A stretch of 64,000 nt of DNA from positions 196,235 through 260,234 of the forward strand of contig DF237008.1 of NCBI GenBank assembly GCA_000708835.1. The letters run 5' to 3'. Origin of the DNA: Klebsormidium nitens. Lineage: Eukaryota > Plantae > Klebsormidiophyceae. This document shows positions 63,520 to 64,000 of the stretch, one piece after another (within the stretch, counting starts at the first letter, position 1; the number at the start of each line of letters is the position of its first letter). The position numbers were made by a program, and so were the translations under genes. The notes beneath the pieces were generated by a model. The model had not been told where the DNA came from and did not search any database. It saw only the letters and a program-made list of their open reading frames with translations.

Positions 63520-64000
63520 CCTCAGTTGAGTGGTGTAAGTGAAATGCGAATGCGAATGAAAGCGGGCCCCCGTCCGAGAACACCCTTAGTGCTGGGCGGG
63601 TGCTGAACTTCTGACAGTGATAATACACGCTCCCTGCTACAGGCAAACAGCGGAGAAGACGTGCGCCCCAAACAAAGCAAAGGCTGGCAGGAGACCGAGC
63701 TCTCCGAGTCCTGTTGCAGAATGCAGCTGGATCATACACAGTGCCAGCAGTTTGACTCAAGTTTGAAGAATGCAAGATTTCGGAGGTCGATGTCTACTAA
63801 GGGGATTTGTCACCTTTTTCTGCCCAATATGCAAATAGATATCAAAACGTTCCGACTATCTCGAAACCTTGGACAGTATTCAAAGTGCAAACAAGCTGTG
63901 TGTCGCAAGGGCTTATACTAGTCAGAACCTCGTATTGATAAGCAAAAACCCACTGAATATGTCGGTGAATTGACCTCAATCACCTGGCTGCTGCAGCTGA

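Overview
Eukaryotic, intron-rich nuclear DNA with GC-rich exons and GT-AG introns. Streptophyte genes (PLATZ, SKIP8, IDM1-type PHD-GNAT, plant-type CHL27) sit beside a ciliary gene (EFHB/CFAP21/FAP21), which points to an early-diverging streptophyte alga such as Klebsormidium (inference only). Models were rebuilt by hand from splice sites and remembered homologues. Confident genes: CHL27 (-), EFHB/FAP21 (+), SKIP8 (-), a ~1890-aa Tify-PHD-PHD-GNAT chromatin protein (+) whose stop overlaps a PLATZ start (ATGA), an MJ1316-domain/degenerate-EEP fusion (+), an intronless F-box gene with a head-to-head pseudogenised paralogue, and IWS1 (-). Several small orphan genes are also likely. Bases 1-9.5 kb hold short repeats and no identifiable gene. 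The most unusual signal is a recurrent 'splice-junction echo': at five sites in two genes, an intron/exon boundary plus the adjacent 30-70 nt of exon is tandemly copied inside the intron. One array has seven polarised units, and its differences from the real exon fall almost entirely at third codon positions. No rRNA, tRNA or CRISPR array was seen.
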